From: Kiritimatiellia bacterium
GTDB lineage: Bacteria; Verrucomicrobiota; Kiritimatiellia; RFP12; UBA1067
Direction: 5' to 3'
NCBI GenBank assembly: GCA_027858965.1
Contig: JAQIBS010000018.1
Location: 18,550 to 82,549 of the forward strand
Length of the DNA: 64,000 nt
In this document: one piece after another, positions 1 through 9,376 of the stretch
Layout: each line of letters begins with the position of its first letter
How positions within the stretch are numbered: position 1 is the stretch's first letter
Translations under genes and position numbers: made by a program
The notes under the pieces: model-generated
What the model saw: the letters and a program-made list of their open reading frames with translations, nothing else
Database searches by the model: none
Told to the model about the DNA's origin: nothing

Positions 1-2
1 CT

Positions 3-1250
3 AATGGGGGGCGTATAGGATTAAGCACCGGGAACCTCACACTGAATGGTCCTATTCGTCCACGTGAAGGCGTGACCCCAGCTCTGTTGGTATTTAATCC
101 TAGTAGCGGTACTATAACGATCAACAATACAGTTGATTCTGGTACGCGCAATACACTCTTTCACAGTGGAGGAACAGTTCTTCTTAACACTAACGGGCAT
201 AATTGGGGTGAGGCGCAGATTCAATACAGCAGCAAAGTGATGCTTGGCATTGATGATGCGATGGTTGTTTCCAAACGGGTGATCTTCGGCAATTCATCTG
301 GTGGCAATGGTACGATCAATATTAATGGTTTCAATCAGACCATTGGAGGGGTGTATATGTATGGGACAGCGGCATCCCTGCCGAACAACTTAATCAGGAA
401 TACAGATGCTACCAAGACCGGCACCTTTATAATAAAACATCTGACGGCTGTTGATCAGACCTTCAGTGGACGGATCATTGAAGCCGTTAATTTTGTCAAG
501 GATGGTGTTGCCGATTCTATTCTCACTTTGACTGGCACTAATACATTCACCGGTACTACCGAAGTGGATGGCGGCACGTTGATTCTGGGGAATGAGTGGG
601 CATTACAGAACAGCACCTTCAATGATACGACTTCCGAAGGTACACTGAGTTTCGGTAGCGGTTTTACAGAGTTTACCTTCGGTGGTCTGGCTGGTTCATC
701 TGATCTGGGATTAACCAATGCATCAGGTGTTGCCATTAATCTGATTGTCGGAAACAACAGCAGCGATACTATGTACAACGGTGTTCTCGCGGCTGGTGGC
801 AGCTTGACCAAGATCGGCACTGGCACACTGACATTGTCGGGTGAGAATACCTTCAGCGGCACAACAACAGTTACCAATGGCACTCTGGCTCTGGGTTGCG
901 ATAATGCATTGAGTGCTGGATCGCAGGTTGTTCTTAGTGGCGGTACGCTTGATGCGGGAGCTTTCGCGAACTCACTGGGTGTTCTCAGTGTGACAGGTGA
1001 TTCATCAATTGACCTGAGTGATGGTGCCGGCAGCCTTGCTTTTGCTGATAGCAGCAGTCAGACATGGAGCGGTGCTTTAAACATCGAGGGAAGCTGGCTG
1101 CCCTATACGTTGCGTGTCGGCACAAGTTCATCCGGTTTGACTAAGACACAGCTCAACAGCATTACGGTAGACAGTGAGAGTGTCTGGGTGCAGATTGATA
1201 ATGAGGGTTATCTCTGGAAAATGACCGGAACTCTCATTATCGTCAGGTAA
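3..1250 (+). CDS. Autotransporter-associated beta-strand repeat (PATR) surface protein, 5'-partial; ends in GTLIIVR
   Basis: The frame is open from position 3 (NGGRIGLSTGNLTLNG...). It contains typical repeats such as GGSLTKIGTGTLTLSGENTFSGTTTVTNGTL. No beta-barrel follows. Confidence 0.85.
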   Translation, partial: NGGRIGLSTGNLTLNGPIRPREGVTPALLVFNPSSGTITINNTVDSGTRNTLFHSGGTVLLNTNGHNWGEAQIQYSSKVMLGIDDAMVVSKRVIFGNSSGGNGTININGFNQTIGGVYMYGTAASLPNNLIRNTDATKTGTFIIKHLTAVDQTFSGRIIEAVNFVKDGVADSILTLTGTNTFTGTTEVDGGTLILGNEWALQNSTFNDTTSEGTLSFGSGFTEFTFGGLAGSSDLGLTNASGVAINLIVGNNSSDTMYNGVLAAGGSLTKIGTGTLTLSGENTFSGTTTVTNGTLALGCDNALSAGSQVVLSGGTLDAGAFANSLGVLSVTGDSSIDLSDGAGSLAFADSSSQTWSGALNIEGSWLPYTLRVGTSSSGLTKTQLNSITVDSESVWVQIDNEGYLWKMTGTLIIVR

Positions 1251-1306
1251 AGTTTCACAGGCATCCCATCCGGATGCAGGAGTTCAGGTTTTCAGACAAT
1301 AGATTT

Positions 1307-4015
1307 TTAGTGGACCAGAATCAGGGTTCCGCCGATTATCTCCACGCGCACTTCGCCGGCGGCATTGTCATAAACGACGTGCCAGGGGGTAGTGTCGAAA
1401 TTTGTTGTGTCAAACTCACCTGTGAGAGTTCCCGGTGTGCAGGTTGCGATCACATAAGAGTTATCTGTTTTGAGCTCGGATAGATCCTGAATCTGAAGAG
1501 TTGAACCAGTCAGGTTGAGGGATCCCTGAACTTTGAGTAGATCGCATGTTCCGCTGACAGATGTGTCTGCCAATAAAGTTCCGGTCAGTGTTGTGGAGGT
1601 GGCGAGTGTCAGTGTGCCAATTACGGCGGTCTCTCCGGGCATGACCTTATTGCTGATAGCCAGAATCCCGTTAGTAACCACTCCATCTCCACTCAGTTCT
1701 GCCAGGGTTTGCGTGTTGCCACCCAGATCCAGCACACCATCTGATTTTACTGTGAATGCTGTATCCGTTGGTAGAGTGTCAACAAGGCCGCCGCCTGCCA
1801 GAGAGGTGACAAGCACCCGGTCGATCCATGTGGAGCGGTCAGTGCCTGTCATAACGCCCTCGAAGGTGAGTGTGTGCGAACCGGCGGATAGGTTGGCTAT
1901 TCCTGTATAGATGCTGCCTAAGACCTGGAACTCAGATGAGGCAAAGGTGAAGTTAGTGTTTCCGTCGATTAGGACATTAATAGCTGTGGCACCTGTGGTT
2001 GGTCGTTTGCCTGCCATGAAGGATATTACATACTCGCCATTCTCGGGCAGATTAAGGGTTGTGGTTGCTGTACCTAGCATAGTATTGGCTTGTATGAACG
2101 CAACATAAGATCCGTCTATTACGGCGTTGCTGCTCGCCCATGTGCTTCCGTGCTCAGCTATGCCACAAAAATAGAAATCCCAGAATGAATTTGCCGGGTT
2201 GCTGTCAAAGTATCCATAGGGTGGATGTTCAGTCAGAGGGTCATGCAGTTCAAAAGAGTTGTTGGTGACGACTATAGAGGCACTTAATTTTAATGTCCCT
2301 TCCTGAATCAGAGTATTACCTGAGTAGGTGTTAGTTCCGGTGAGTGTCAATATTCCATCGCCATCTTTTGTCAAGTTTCCAGCACCTGTAATGGAACCGA
2401 CGGTAAGAACTGTGCCAGGTCCATTGGCTGTATCAACTGTGATGGTTGCGTCCTGTTGTAATTCAATATTGTTGATTGTCTGCCAGGTTGTGTTTGTTAC
2501 ACCTCCGAAAGTCAACGACTCAGTTGCAGACGCACCGATAGTGTTGGCTTTGCTCATGATAAACTGTGATGCATCGTTAATATACGTAATATGTGTGTCT
2601 GCCGGAATAGATGGTCCTGATACTGACATTCCAGCAACGAGATCGGTTGTGCTACTACCACGTACGCATTTCGTGTATGTACTTTGACTGTCAACCGTGA
2701 AATCTCTGGTGACAGACGATGCAGTCGCAAGTCCTGTGACGGTGAAGTCACCTCCATTCAGAATGAGTTTGGAATTTCTGTTATAAAAATCGCTGACGAT
2801 ATTCTGTTCATTCCATTGAGAGGTCCGTTTATTAAAGTTAAGATTCAGAGTACCATCTGTAACTGTTGTCATACCGGAATAGGTTCCTCCCGAGAAGATC
2901 ATATTACCTGCTCCTTGTTTGGTCAGGCCTCCGGAGCCGCTCTTGTTAAACGACCCAATTGCTTCAATGTTTTTGTTGTTTGTATCGATAACTGCGCCGC
3001 CATCTTTCACAAAGTATGTGGTAACGTAGTTTTTTGTGGAATTTTCTGTGAGTAATGAATCGCTTTGAGCTTTCAGTAAACCACCGTTGTAATTGACGTT
3101 AAAAGCTCCTGAGCCTGTGGAGGTTGTGATGCGAGTGGTTGCAAGTGTTCCACTGTTGAGGTTGACTACGCCTGTATTGCCGTCCATATGTAAAATTCCA
3201 TTGGCTGTCAGGAGTCCTCCGTTTATATTAAGTGTTGCAGCGGAGTTCCAACCAAGTCTTATTTCACTTGTAGTTGTTACGACGGCTCCTGTGTTGACAT
3301 TAATCATGATATTCTGTTCACCTGAATGGCAGCCGATTCTTGCGGATGTTGTTAATTTGCCGTTGATGTTTAAGGTTACATCATCGCGCAGACGAACTCC
3401 GAAGGTGGCGTATATATTGATTGGAGGATATCCGGTTGTTGTAAATGATGCATTGGAGGGAATCGTGATCGTAGTTCCGGCAATGCCCCAATCGATGCCA
3501 TACCATGCTGTAGCAGAGTCCATGACATCAATCGAGTGAAAGGTGTTTGTTCCTGCAAATACGAATGAGCCGCCACCTGTGACATTAAGATCGCGCGTTG
3601 TATTGTTGCTGTTAATGAAATTAGTAACAGTTACATCGGAAGAGACCCACAGCAGCGGATTGATGATTCCGAAGTTGAGGGTGTTGCCATTGCCGTCGAG
3701 GGTGTAGCTGCCTGATCCCGGGGCATCGAACCTGAGATTGCCGACTGTAATATCGTCGCCAAGAGTGATTGTTCCTGCGGCATCTGATCCGACTCCGAAG
3801 ATGGTCTGGTCGGGCAGGGCGCTGTTGTTCCAGTTGGTGTTAACTTCCGTGCTGTGCCACCAGTTACTGTTGGATGTGTTCCAGGTGCCTGAACCGTCTT
3901 GAGCGTCGCTTGTGCTGATGTCAGCATCCCATGTGTTGGTGGTGGTCGCATAGACCATATTGAAAGAGACCCCGATACACATTGCTACGCATTCAATCAT
4001 CTTTTTACTCAACAT
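1307..4015 (-). CDS. Secreted PATR-repeat protein with an inserted jelly-roll/CBM-like segment; ends in GTLILVH
   Basis: AAGGAG RBS precedes ATG 4015 (MLSKKMIECVAMCIG..., signal-peptide-like). Repeats include GGLTKQGAGNMIFSGGTYSG and GNLTKDGDGILTLTGTNTYSGNTLIQEGTL. Confidence 0.85.
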   Translation of the reverse strand: MLSKKMIECVAMCIGVSFNMVYATTTNTWDADISTSDAQDGSGTWNTSNSNWWHSTEVNTNWNNSALPDQTIFGVGSDAAGTITLGDDITVGNLRFDAPGSGSYTLDGNGNTLNFGIINPLLWVSSDVTVTNFINSNNTTRDLNVTGGGSFVFAGTNTFHSIDVMDSATAWYGIDWGIAGTTITIPSNASFTTTGYPPINIYATFGVRLRDDVTLNINGKLTTSARIGCHSGEQNIMINVNTGAVVTTTSEIRLGWNSAATLNINGGLLTANGILHMDGNTGVVNLNSGTLATTRITTSTGSGAFNVNYNGGLLKAQSDSLLTENSTKNYVTTYFVKDGGAVIDTNNKNIEAIGSFNKSGSGGLTKQGAGNMIFSGGTYSGMTTVTDGTLNLNFNKRTSQWNEQNIVSDFYNRNSKLILNGGDFTVTGLATASSVTRDFTVDSQSTYTKCVRGSSTTDLVAGMSVSGPSIPADTHITYINDASQFIMSKANTIGASATESLTFGGVTNTTWQTINNIELQQDATITVDTANGPGTVLTVGSITGAGNLTKDGDGILTLTGTNTYSGNTLIQEGTLKLSASIVVTNNSFELHDPLTEHPPYGYFDSNPANSFWDFYFCGIAEHGSTWASSNAVIDGSYVAFIQANTMLGTATTTLNLPENGEYVISFMAGKRPTTGATAINVLIDGNTNFTFASSEFQVLGSIYTGIANLSAGSHTLTFEGVMTGTDRSTWIDRVLVTSLAGGGLVDTLPTDTAFTVKSDGVLDLGGNTQTLAELSGDGVVTNGILAISNKVMPGETAVIGTLTLATSTTLTGTLLADTSVSGTCDLLKVQGSLNLTGSTLQIQDLSELKTDNSYVIATCTPGTLTGEFDTTNFDTTPWHVVYDNAAGEVRVEIIGGTLILVH

Positions 4016-4188
4016 ATCATACTCCTTATTACTAGTATCCCATAGCCACAACCGCAAAGGTCTCATAAATAGCCTGGCATAACCTAAATCACAAAACATA
4101 TTTAAATTACATTATGAAATACAATAATATGGTATTAGGGGATGGATAGTCAATATCTGATTTATATTAAGATACACAAGCAATTTCG

Positions 4189-4288
4189 TTCCGTTGAGGA
4201 TTCCCTGGCAAGTCGAATTAATGCAAAGGAAAGTAGTGCAAGCATCCTGCTTGCCTCAATAATTAGCCAAGCAGGATGCTTGGGTTAC
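4189..4288. repeat. GTAG-type REP doublet (REPIN-like) with a conserved flank
   Basis: GTAGTGCAAGCATCCTGCTTGC...CCAAGCAGGATGCTTGGGTTAC at 4233-4288. Homologous to 20195-20250 and, inverted, to 45939-46034. Confidence 0.85.
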
Positions 4289-4374
4289 CTTCAACGCATT
4301 TACCATTTGACACTTTTCCTGATGTATCGGATACTCTTGAGTATCTTTATTAGTTTAATAACTGGGGGATTAAA

Positions 4375-6759
4375 ATGAAAATGAAGCGTATTTACATCGC
4401 TGCAATGGTTGTTGCGGCATTTATAGGAACTCTTTGCAGGGCCGAATCAAAAGTTGGGCCGATATTAGCTGACACTGCTCCTTTAACTGGGCAGAATGTT
4501 GTGCTTGCGTGCAAAGATGGATCATCAGTTCGTATTGATGTCCTGGGTGCGTCACTCTTTCGTGTACGTCACAGCAAAAATGCAGTATGGACAGAATCAG
4601 CATTGAACCGTTATGGCGTTTTTACATCTGAATTTCCGAAAACAGAGTTTAAGCAGATCGTGGCGAAAGATATTTGTACTCTGACCACGAGTCAGGCGGC
4701 GCTCGCTGTGAACATTGCTGATGGAAGCATTATACTCTCGACTGCCGATGGAAAGCAGTTGACCCGTCAAGCCAGACCGAAGTATGAAACCGGTGGCAGC
4801 AGCGAAATACGTTTCTCGCTGACAAAGGATGAACGGCTTTATGGACTGGGAGATGCAAGTCGCGAGAACATTATGCGGCGTGGTGGTAGCTATGAGATGT
4901 GGGTCCTGAATGTCAAATCATATATTCCTGTGCCGATGATGCTGAGCAGTCGCGGATGGGGTATGTTGTTGAATACCACCTGGCGTAATACATTTGATAT
5001 GGGTAAAACTGATCCTGATGCTATGATCTGCAGTGCACCTCGCAGTGATCCCGATTACTATATCTTTTGTGGGCCCGATTATCGCAGTTTGCTTAAAACC
5101 TATACCTCGTTCACCGGACGTCCCGCATTGTTGCCGATCTGGGGTTATGGATTCACCTATGTGTGTAATCAGAACATTGACGCCTACAATCTGGTCTATG
5201 AGGCCCTTGAATTCCGCAAGCAGAAGATGCCCTGTGATGTAATAGGTCTCGAACCTGGCTGGATGTCTAAAAACTATGATTTTACAACGGAGAAGAAGTG
5301 GCATCCGCAACGTTTTCCTTTTCCATATTGGGCACCCAAGGGACCACACACCTTCATAGGTGCACTGAAGAGGAAAGGCTTTAAGCTCAGTCTCTGGCTC
5401 TGCTGTGACTACGACCTTGGTGTATACGAAGAGCAATGCGTTACCGGACAGAACTCAGGAACAAAAACAACTGCCGTGAAATCCCCGAAGGGCACTACCG
5501 AACTCTGGCATGATGACCGTATTGAAAAAGGAAAAACTGACAAAAAGGGAAAAACCGATAAAAAAGAGGAATCCGCTCCGAAAGAGCCGGAGCCATGGTT
5601 TGAACATCTCAAGAAGTTTGTTGATCAGGGAGCAGCCTGTTTCAAGCTTGATGGATCAAAGCAGGTCACTGAACACCCGAACAGGAAATGGGGCAATGGC
5701 ATGAATGATGAGGAGATGCACAATCTCTTTCCGGTCATCTATGCCAAACAGATGTCAAAAGGATTTGAAGATCATACTAAACGCCGATCCATGGTCTATT
5801 CCGCAGGCGGCTATTCGGGCATTCAGCAATATGTCGCCACCTGGGCGGGTGACACAGGCGGAGGAGCAAAGCCTCTGGCCTCAATGCTGAATCTCGGTTT
5901 CTCCGGTCACTCAAACCACTCCTGCGACATGAATGCAAGAGATCCCGAAAGCATTCATTTCGGTTTCCTGCAGACGTGGGCACAGCAGAATAACTGGGAC
6001 TACTGGTATCAGCCCTGGCTTCTTGACGATGAAGACACAGCCGCATTCCGTGAATATGGTCAGCTGCGCTACAAGTTGTTGCCTTACATCTACTCGTCAG
6101 CAGCCGAAGCGGCTCAAACTGGTTATCCGGTCATGCGGGCCATGCCGCTGGTCTGCGCCGATGATCCGGCCTGGGACAGCTGCAAAACCCAATACATGCT
6201 GGGCGATTTTCTGCTGGTCTCGGTATTTACAAAAAGCGTCCGTCTGCCTGCCGGTACCTGGATTGACTTCTGGAGCGGTGTCGAGATAAAGGGGCCTGCC
6301 ACGCTGCCTGTCAAGGTAACTCCCTCGCGAGGGGGGGCACTCATGGTTAAAGCGGGAGCAATTATTCCGACCTGGCCTCCGTGCTCTCATGTCGAAAAGG
6401 GGTGGTCAGAAGAGGTTGGACTGTTGGTGTATCCTGCAAAAAGCAGCCATTTTACCCTGCATGAAGATGATGGAGTCAGCCTTGGTTATCGTTCCGGTAA
6501 ATTTGCACAGACCTCTATAACCTGTGAGAGTATTGATAAAGGTGTTTGTCTGACAATCGGTGCACGCAGGGGAAGTTATAAAGGAATGCCGGCATCGCGT
6601 AATTTTACGGCTCATATTCACATGTCAGCACCTCCACGTTCCATTACTCTGGACGGTAAAACAATAACCGACAGCAAGTGGGATGCTGCCACACATGTGG
6701 AGACAGTTAAAATACCTGATTGTGGAAACAAAGCACGTGTGCTTATGCTCAACAAATAA
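4375..6759 (+). CDS. Glycoside hydrolase family 31 (alpha-glucosidase/xylosidase-like), secreted
   Basis: Signal peptide; motifs TGRPALLPIWGYG, FKLDG, WAGD, LRYKLLPYIYS, GYPVMRAM, QYMLG, HEDDG. Confidence 0.9.
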   Translation: MKMKRIYIAAMVVAAFIGTLCRAESKVGPILADTAPLTGQNVVLACKDGSSVRIDVLGASLFRVRHSKNAVWTESALNRYGVFTSEFPKTEFKQIVAKDICTLTTSQAALAVNIADGSIILSTADGKQLTRQARPKYETGGSSEIRFSLTKDERLYGLGDASRENIMRRGGSYEMWVLNVKSYIPVPMMLSSRGWGMLLNTTWRNTFDMGKTDPDAMICSAPRSDPDYYIFCGPDYRSLLKTYTSFTGRPALLPIWGYGFTYVCNQNIDAYNLVYEALEFRKQKMPCDVIGLEPGWMSKNYDFTTEKKWHPQRFPFPYWAPKGPHTFIGALKRKGFKLSLWLCCDYDLGVYEEQCVTGQNSGTKTTAVKSPKGTTELWHDDRIEKGKTDKKGKTDKKEESAPKEPEPWFEHLKKFVDQGAACFKLDGSKQVTEHPNRKWGNGMNDEEMHNLFPVIYAKQMSKGFEDHTKRRSMVYSAGGYSGIQQYVATWAGDTGGGAKPLASMLNLGFSGHSNHSCDMNARDPESIHFGFLQTWAQQNNWDYWYQPWLLDDEDTAAFREYGQLRYKLLPYIYSSAAEAAQTGYPVMRAMPLVCADDPAWDSCKTQYMLGDFLLVSVFTKSVRLPAGTWIDFWSGVEIKGPATLPVKVTPSRGGALMVKAGAIIPTWPPCSHVEKGWSEEVGLLVYPAKSSHFTLHEDDGVSLGYRSGKFAQTSITCESIDKGVCLTIGARRGSYKGMPASRNFTAHIHMSAPPRSITLDGKTITDSKWDAATHVETVKIPDCGNKARVLMLNK

Positions 6760-6776
6760 CTCTGGTGAATTGATAT

Positions 6777-7244
6777 ATGAATAAAGGAAAGATCATTAAA
6801 GCACTGCGTGCAAAGCTGGAAGAGGAGCTGGTTCGTCTGCGGGATGCTAATAAACGGGCCTCTGCCGGCGCAACCGACAGCGAGGCGCGTGCGGAGACCA
6901 AGTGGGATACGTGCAGTCTGGAAGCCTCCTATCTGGCGCGAGGTCACGCACAGCAATTTTCTCAAATTTCCTCCGATGTTCAGTCGCTGCAAGTTGCTGT
7001 TCTGCCTGATTGCCGCAACCGACCGATAGAAATGGGAGCCCTGGCTGAGGTTGATATAGGTTTTGGACCAAAATTCTTTTTTTTGCTGCACTGCGGTGGA
7101 GGTATGAAATTATCGGTAGAGGGGGATGATGTGACGGTCATCACCCCGGAATCACCGATTGGTGCAGCGTTGATCGGTAAAAAGAGGGGTGATTCTTTTT
7201 CCTTTCGTGAGGGAGCGATAGGTAAAATTCTGAATGTAGAGTAA
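6777..7244 (+). CDS. GreA/GreB-family elongation-factor-like protein
   Basis: AETKWDTCSLEASYLARG coiled coil and C-terminal VITPESPIGAALIGKKRGD. Confidence 0.8.
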   Translation: MNKGKIIKALRAKLEEELVRLRDANKRASAGATDSEARAETKWDTCSLEASYLARGHAQQFSQISSDVQSLQVAVLPDCRNRPIEMGALAEVDIGFGPKFFFLLHCGGGMKLSVEGDDVTVITPESPIGAALIGKKRGDSFSFREGAIGKILNVE

Positions 7245-7268
7245 ACCTTTTAATATAAGCTGATATCA

Positions 7269-7946
7269 ATGCCAAGTATTATTCTATCTCATCAAGCACC
7301 TGCAATTTTCATCAAAACAGCATGGCCAAAGTGGTTTGATGGCGCGGCTCTCTGTATTGCCGCGACCGCCCCTGACTTTGAATTGGTGCTATATAGGCTT
7401 GCACGGTACTTCATGGATTCCGACAATCCATGGCACTGGGGAATAAGTCACAGCTTGGTGGGGGTGGTGGTTTATGTGATACCTGTGACTCTGGCGGGGA
7501 CCTTTTTGTTTTCAAGGTGGATCGGGCCTTGGTGTGCAAGCTTGGCTGTAGGAAAAGGGAGAGTTGCGTCATGGCTGATTTACTTCGGGGTTGATCAGTG
7601 GAGTTTATTCAAGAAAAAGCAATATACATTGCGTTGGTTTTTTGTGGCGTCCTATTCTGCTGTTGTCGGAGCGGCCACACATTTAATTCTGGATATCTTT
7701 ACTCATAAAGATATTCATCTTCTATTTCCTTTTAGATCCGTTGGTATGCCTGATTTTCTCAAAACAAGAGTTACTGATCTCGGTATGTTTGATATTGGAA
7801 TATTTCAATATGAGCTTTATCTGGATGTGGCCCGGATTTTCTGGCTTATCATAAGTCTGGTAACCGCAGGGGTATCGTTATGGGGATTGCGCTATATTAA
7901 AAAGAACCATCTTATTGAACAATGGTACTCTAACGATATTGTATGA
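7269..7946 (+). CDS. DUF4184-family membrane protein (putative metal-dependent hydrolase)
   Basis: N-terminal MP..SH; APDF, SHSL and THLILDIFTH motifs; several TM segments. Confidence 0.7.
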   Translation: MPSIILSHQAPAIFIKTAWPKWFDGAALCIAATAPDFELVLYRLARYFMDSDNPWHWGISHSLVGVVVYVIPVTLAGTFLFSRWIGPWCASLAVGKGRVASWLIYFGVDQWSLFKKKQYTLRWFFVASYSAVVGAATHLILDIFTHKDIHLLFPFRSVGMPDFLKTRVTDLGMFDIGIFQYELYLDVARIFWLIISLVTAGVSLWGLRYIKKNHLIEQWYSNDIV

Positions 7947-9151
7947 AATTAATTAAAAATATAGTTCCTTTGTTAATGGTTATTGTAGGCGGCTTCAATG
8001 TTTTTGCAGATGACTATATTTTCTGTACGGATTCATACAATACCTGTGTTATTGATGTGGTTACAGAGGGGGATGATCTGACAATTGAGTCCCTTCCTGA
8101 TGAAATGCAGTTTTATCCTGATTCCGGTACGCTGTTGTGGAATCCTGATATCAAAGCCATTGGTAATCACCATATTTGTTTAACATCGATAAATAATGGG
8201 ATCAAAGAAAAAACAGAAATCAATATAAAAGTAAAGGAACGGAAAAAAGTTCTTTGTGTTTTTGCTCATCAGGATGATGAATTCGGTATTATGGGGAAAA
8301 TCATTCAGCTGAAAGATGCAGGGACGGATGTTTATCTGGCTTGGACCCGTGCTGCCGATAATAATCGCAACAATGAGTCACGTAAGGCCATGCAGCGTAT
8401 TGGTATCTCGGAAGAAAAAATGCGGTTCTGGCATTTCGGGAGTATCACTTCGCCGGATGGCTTTCTTGTTTATGTGGAAAAACTGGGTGCCTTGATTTCA
8501 GAGCAGCAATTTGATCATATTTATGTGGTTGGTTATGAAGGTGGTCATATCGAGCATGATCTGACGCACATCGCAACTGTCATGGCCTGTCGTAAGGTTG
8601 GTTTTACCGGGCAGATATATGAATTTGGCCTCTATCATCTGGATCATCTGATGCCTCAGCTATTCTCTCTCTCTCCGGCACCCGCACCCACGATTCAGAT
8701 CTCTTTGGATGATAAGACGATGGAGTTAATGGAATCACTTGCCGGCCTATATGTCACTCAAAAACAGATGACCCTTGGATTCAAGCTGGCGCTAAATCAA
8801 AAGAAGATAGCTCATCCGTGTTATCGGCCCTTACCCCGCTGGGATTATCGGCGTCCTCCATCCCGTGGTTGGCTCTGGTATGAAGTCAATCTGAAACACC
8901 CTGCATCTTTTGAAAAACATCTGCGGCCTGTCATAAAAGCCTGCCTTAAAACCAGCTTGTTGTTGGGGGAGCAGAGTCTATATGCCCAGGATATGCCCGA
9001 AAGTACAGTTGGCTCGCTTGTGTTATCAGACAAGAAGGCGGGCGAGGTTATATCCATGCGTTTTCCTTACTCTGTTTATGTCTACTCAGGATTGGGCTTG
9101 ATATTTTTTATGGTAGGCTGGCTTTTGTATCAGTTGCTGAGGAAGAATTAA
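7943..9151 (+). CDS. PIG-L/LmbE-family deacetylase with an N-terminal Ig-like module and a C-terminal TM anchor
   Basis: Metal motifs VFAHQDDE and GGHIEHD; Ig-like LPDEMQFYPDSGTLLWNP; hydrophobic tail followed by RKN; ATGA overlap with the upstream gene. Confidence 0.75.
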   Translation: MKLIKNIVPLLMVIVGGFNVFADDYIFCTDSYNTCVIDVVTEGDDLTIESLPDEMQFYPDSGTLLWNPDIKAIGNHHICLTSINNGIKEKTEINIKVKERKKVLCVFAHQDDEFGIMGKIIQLKDAGTDVYLAWTRAADNNRNNESRKAMQRIGISEEKMRFWHFGSITSPDGFLVYVEKLGALISEQQFDHIYVVGYEGGHIEHDLTHIATVMACRKVGFTGQIYEFGLYHLDHLMPQLFSLSPAPAPTIQISLDDKTMELMESLAGLYVTQKQMTLGFKLALNQKKIAHPCYRPLPRWDYRRPPSRGWLWYEVNLKHPASFEKHLRPVIKACLKTSLLLGEQSLYAQDMPESTVGSLVLSDKKAGEVISMRFPYSVYVYSGLGLIFFMVGWLLYQLLRKN

Positions 9152-9298
9152 AATCTCTCTTAATCTACTCCCAGAATATCTTGTTACGAGATAATCCTAT
9201 ACCATCACAACCGAGAAATACCTCCAAAGACTCCCAGAATACACGACATCCCGCGATCCGCAACGCCATATCTTACCCACACATTCTGCGGAGGATCC
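9151..9298. mobile_element. Truncated copy (right part) of the ISL3-like MITE at 60011-60247
   Basis: About 148 bp highly similar to 60100-60247; ends in the terminal repeat CCCACACATTCTGCGGAGGATCC. Confidence 0.8.
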
Positions 9299-9339
9299 TT
9301 AAAATAGAACCTGCCTATTTATCCTTATTTGACTTTCAT

Positions 9340-9368
9340 TTGACTGTCGTCACTCTGTTTAGTATTCT
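9340..9368 (+). promoter_or_regulatory. Sigma70-type promoter left upstream of the PATR pseudogene
   Basis: TTGACT-17 bp-TATTCT. Confidence 0.5.
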
Positions 9369-9376
9369 TATACAAG

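Noticed and set aside
5527..5562. KGKTDK tandem duplication in GH31
   Set aside because: A short low-complexity loop duplication with no evident significance.
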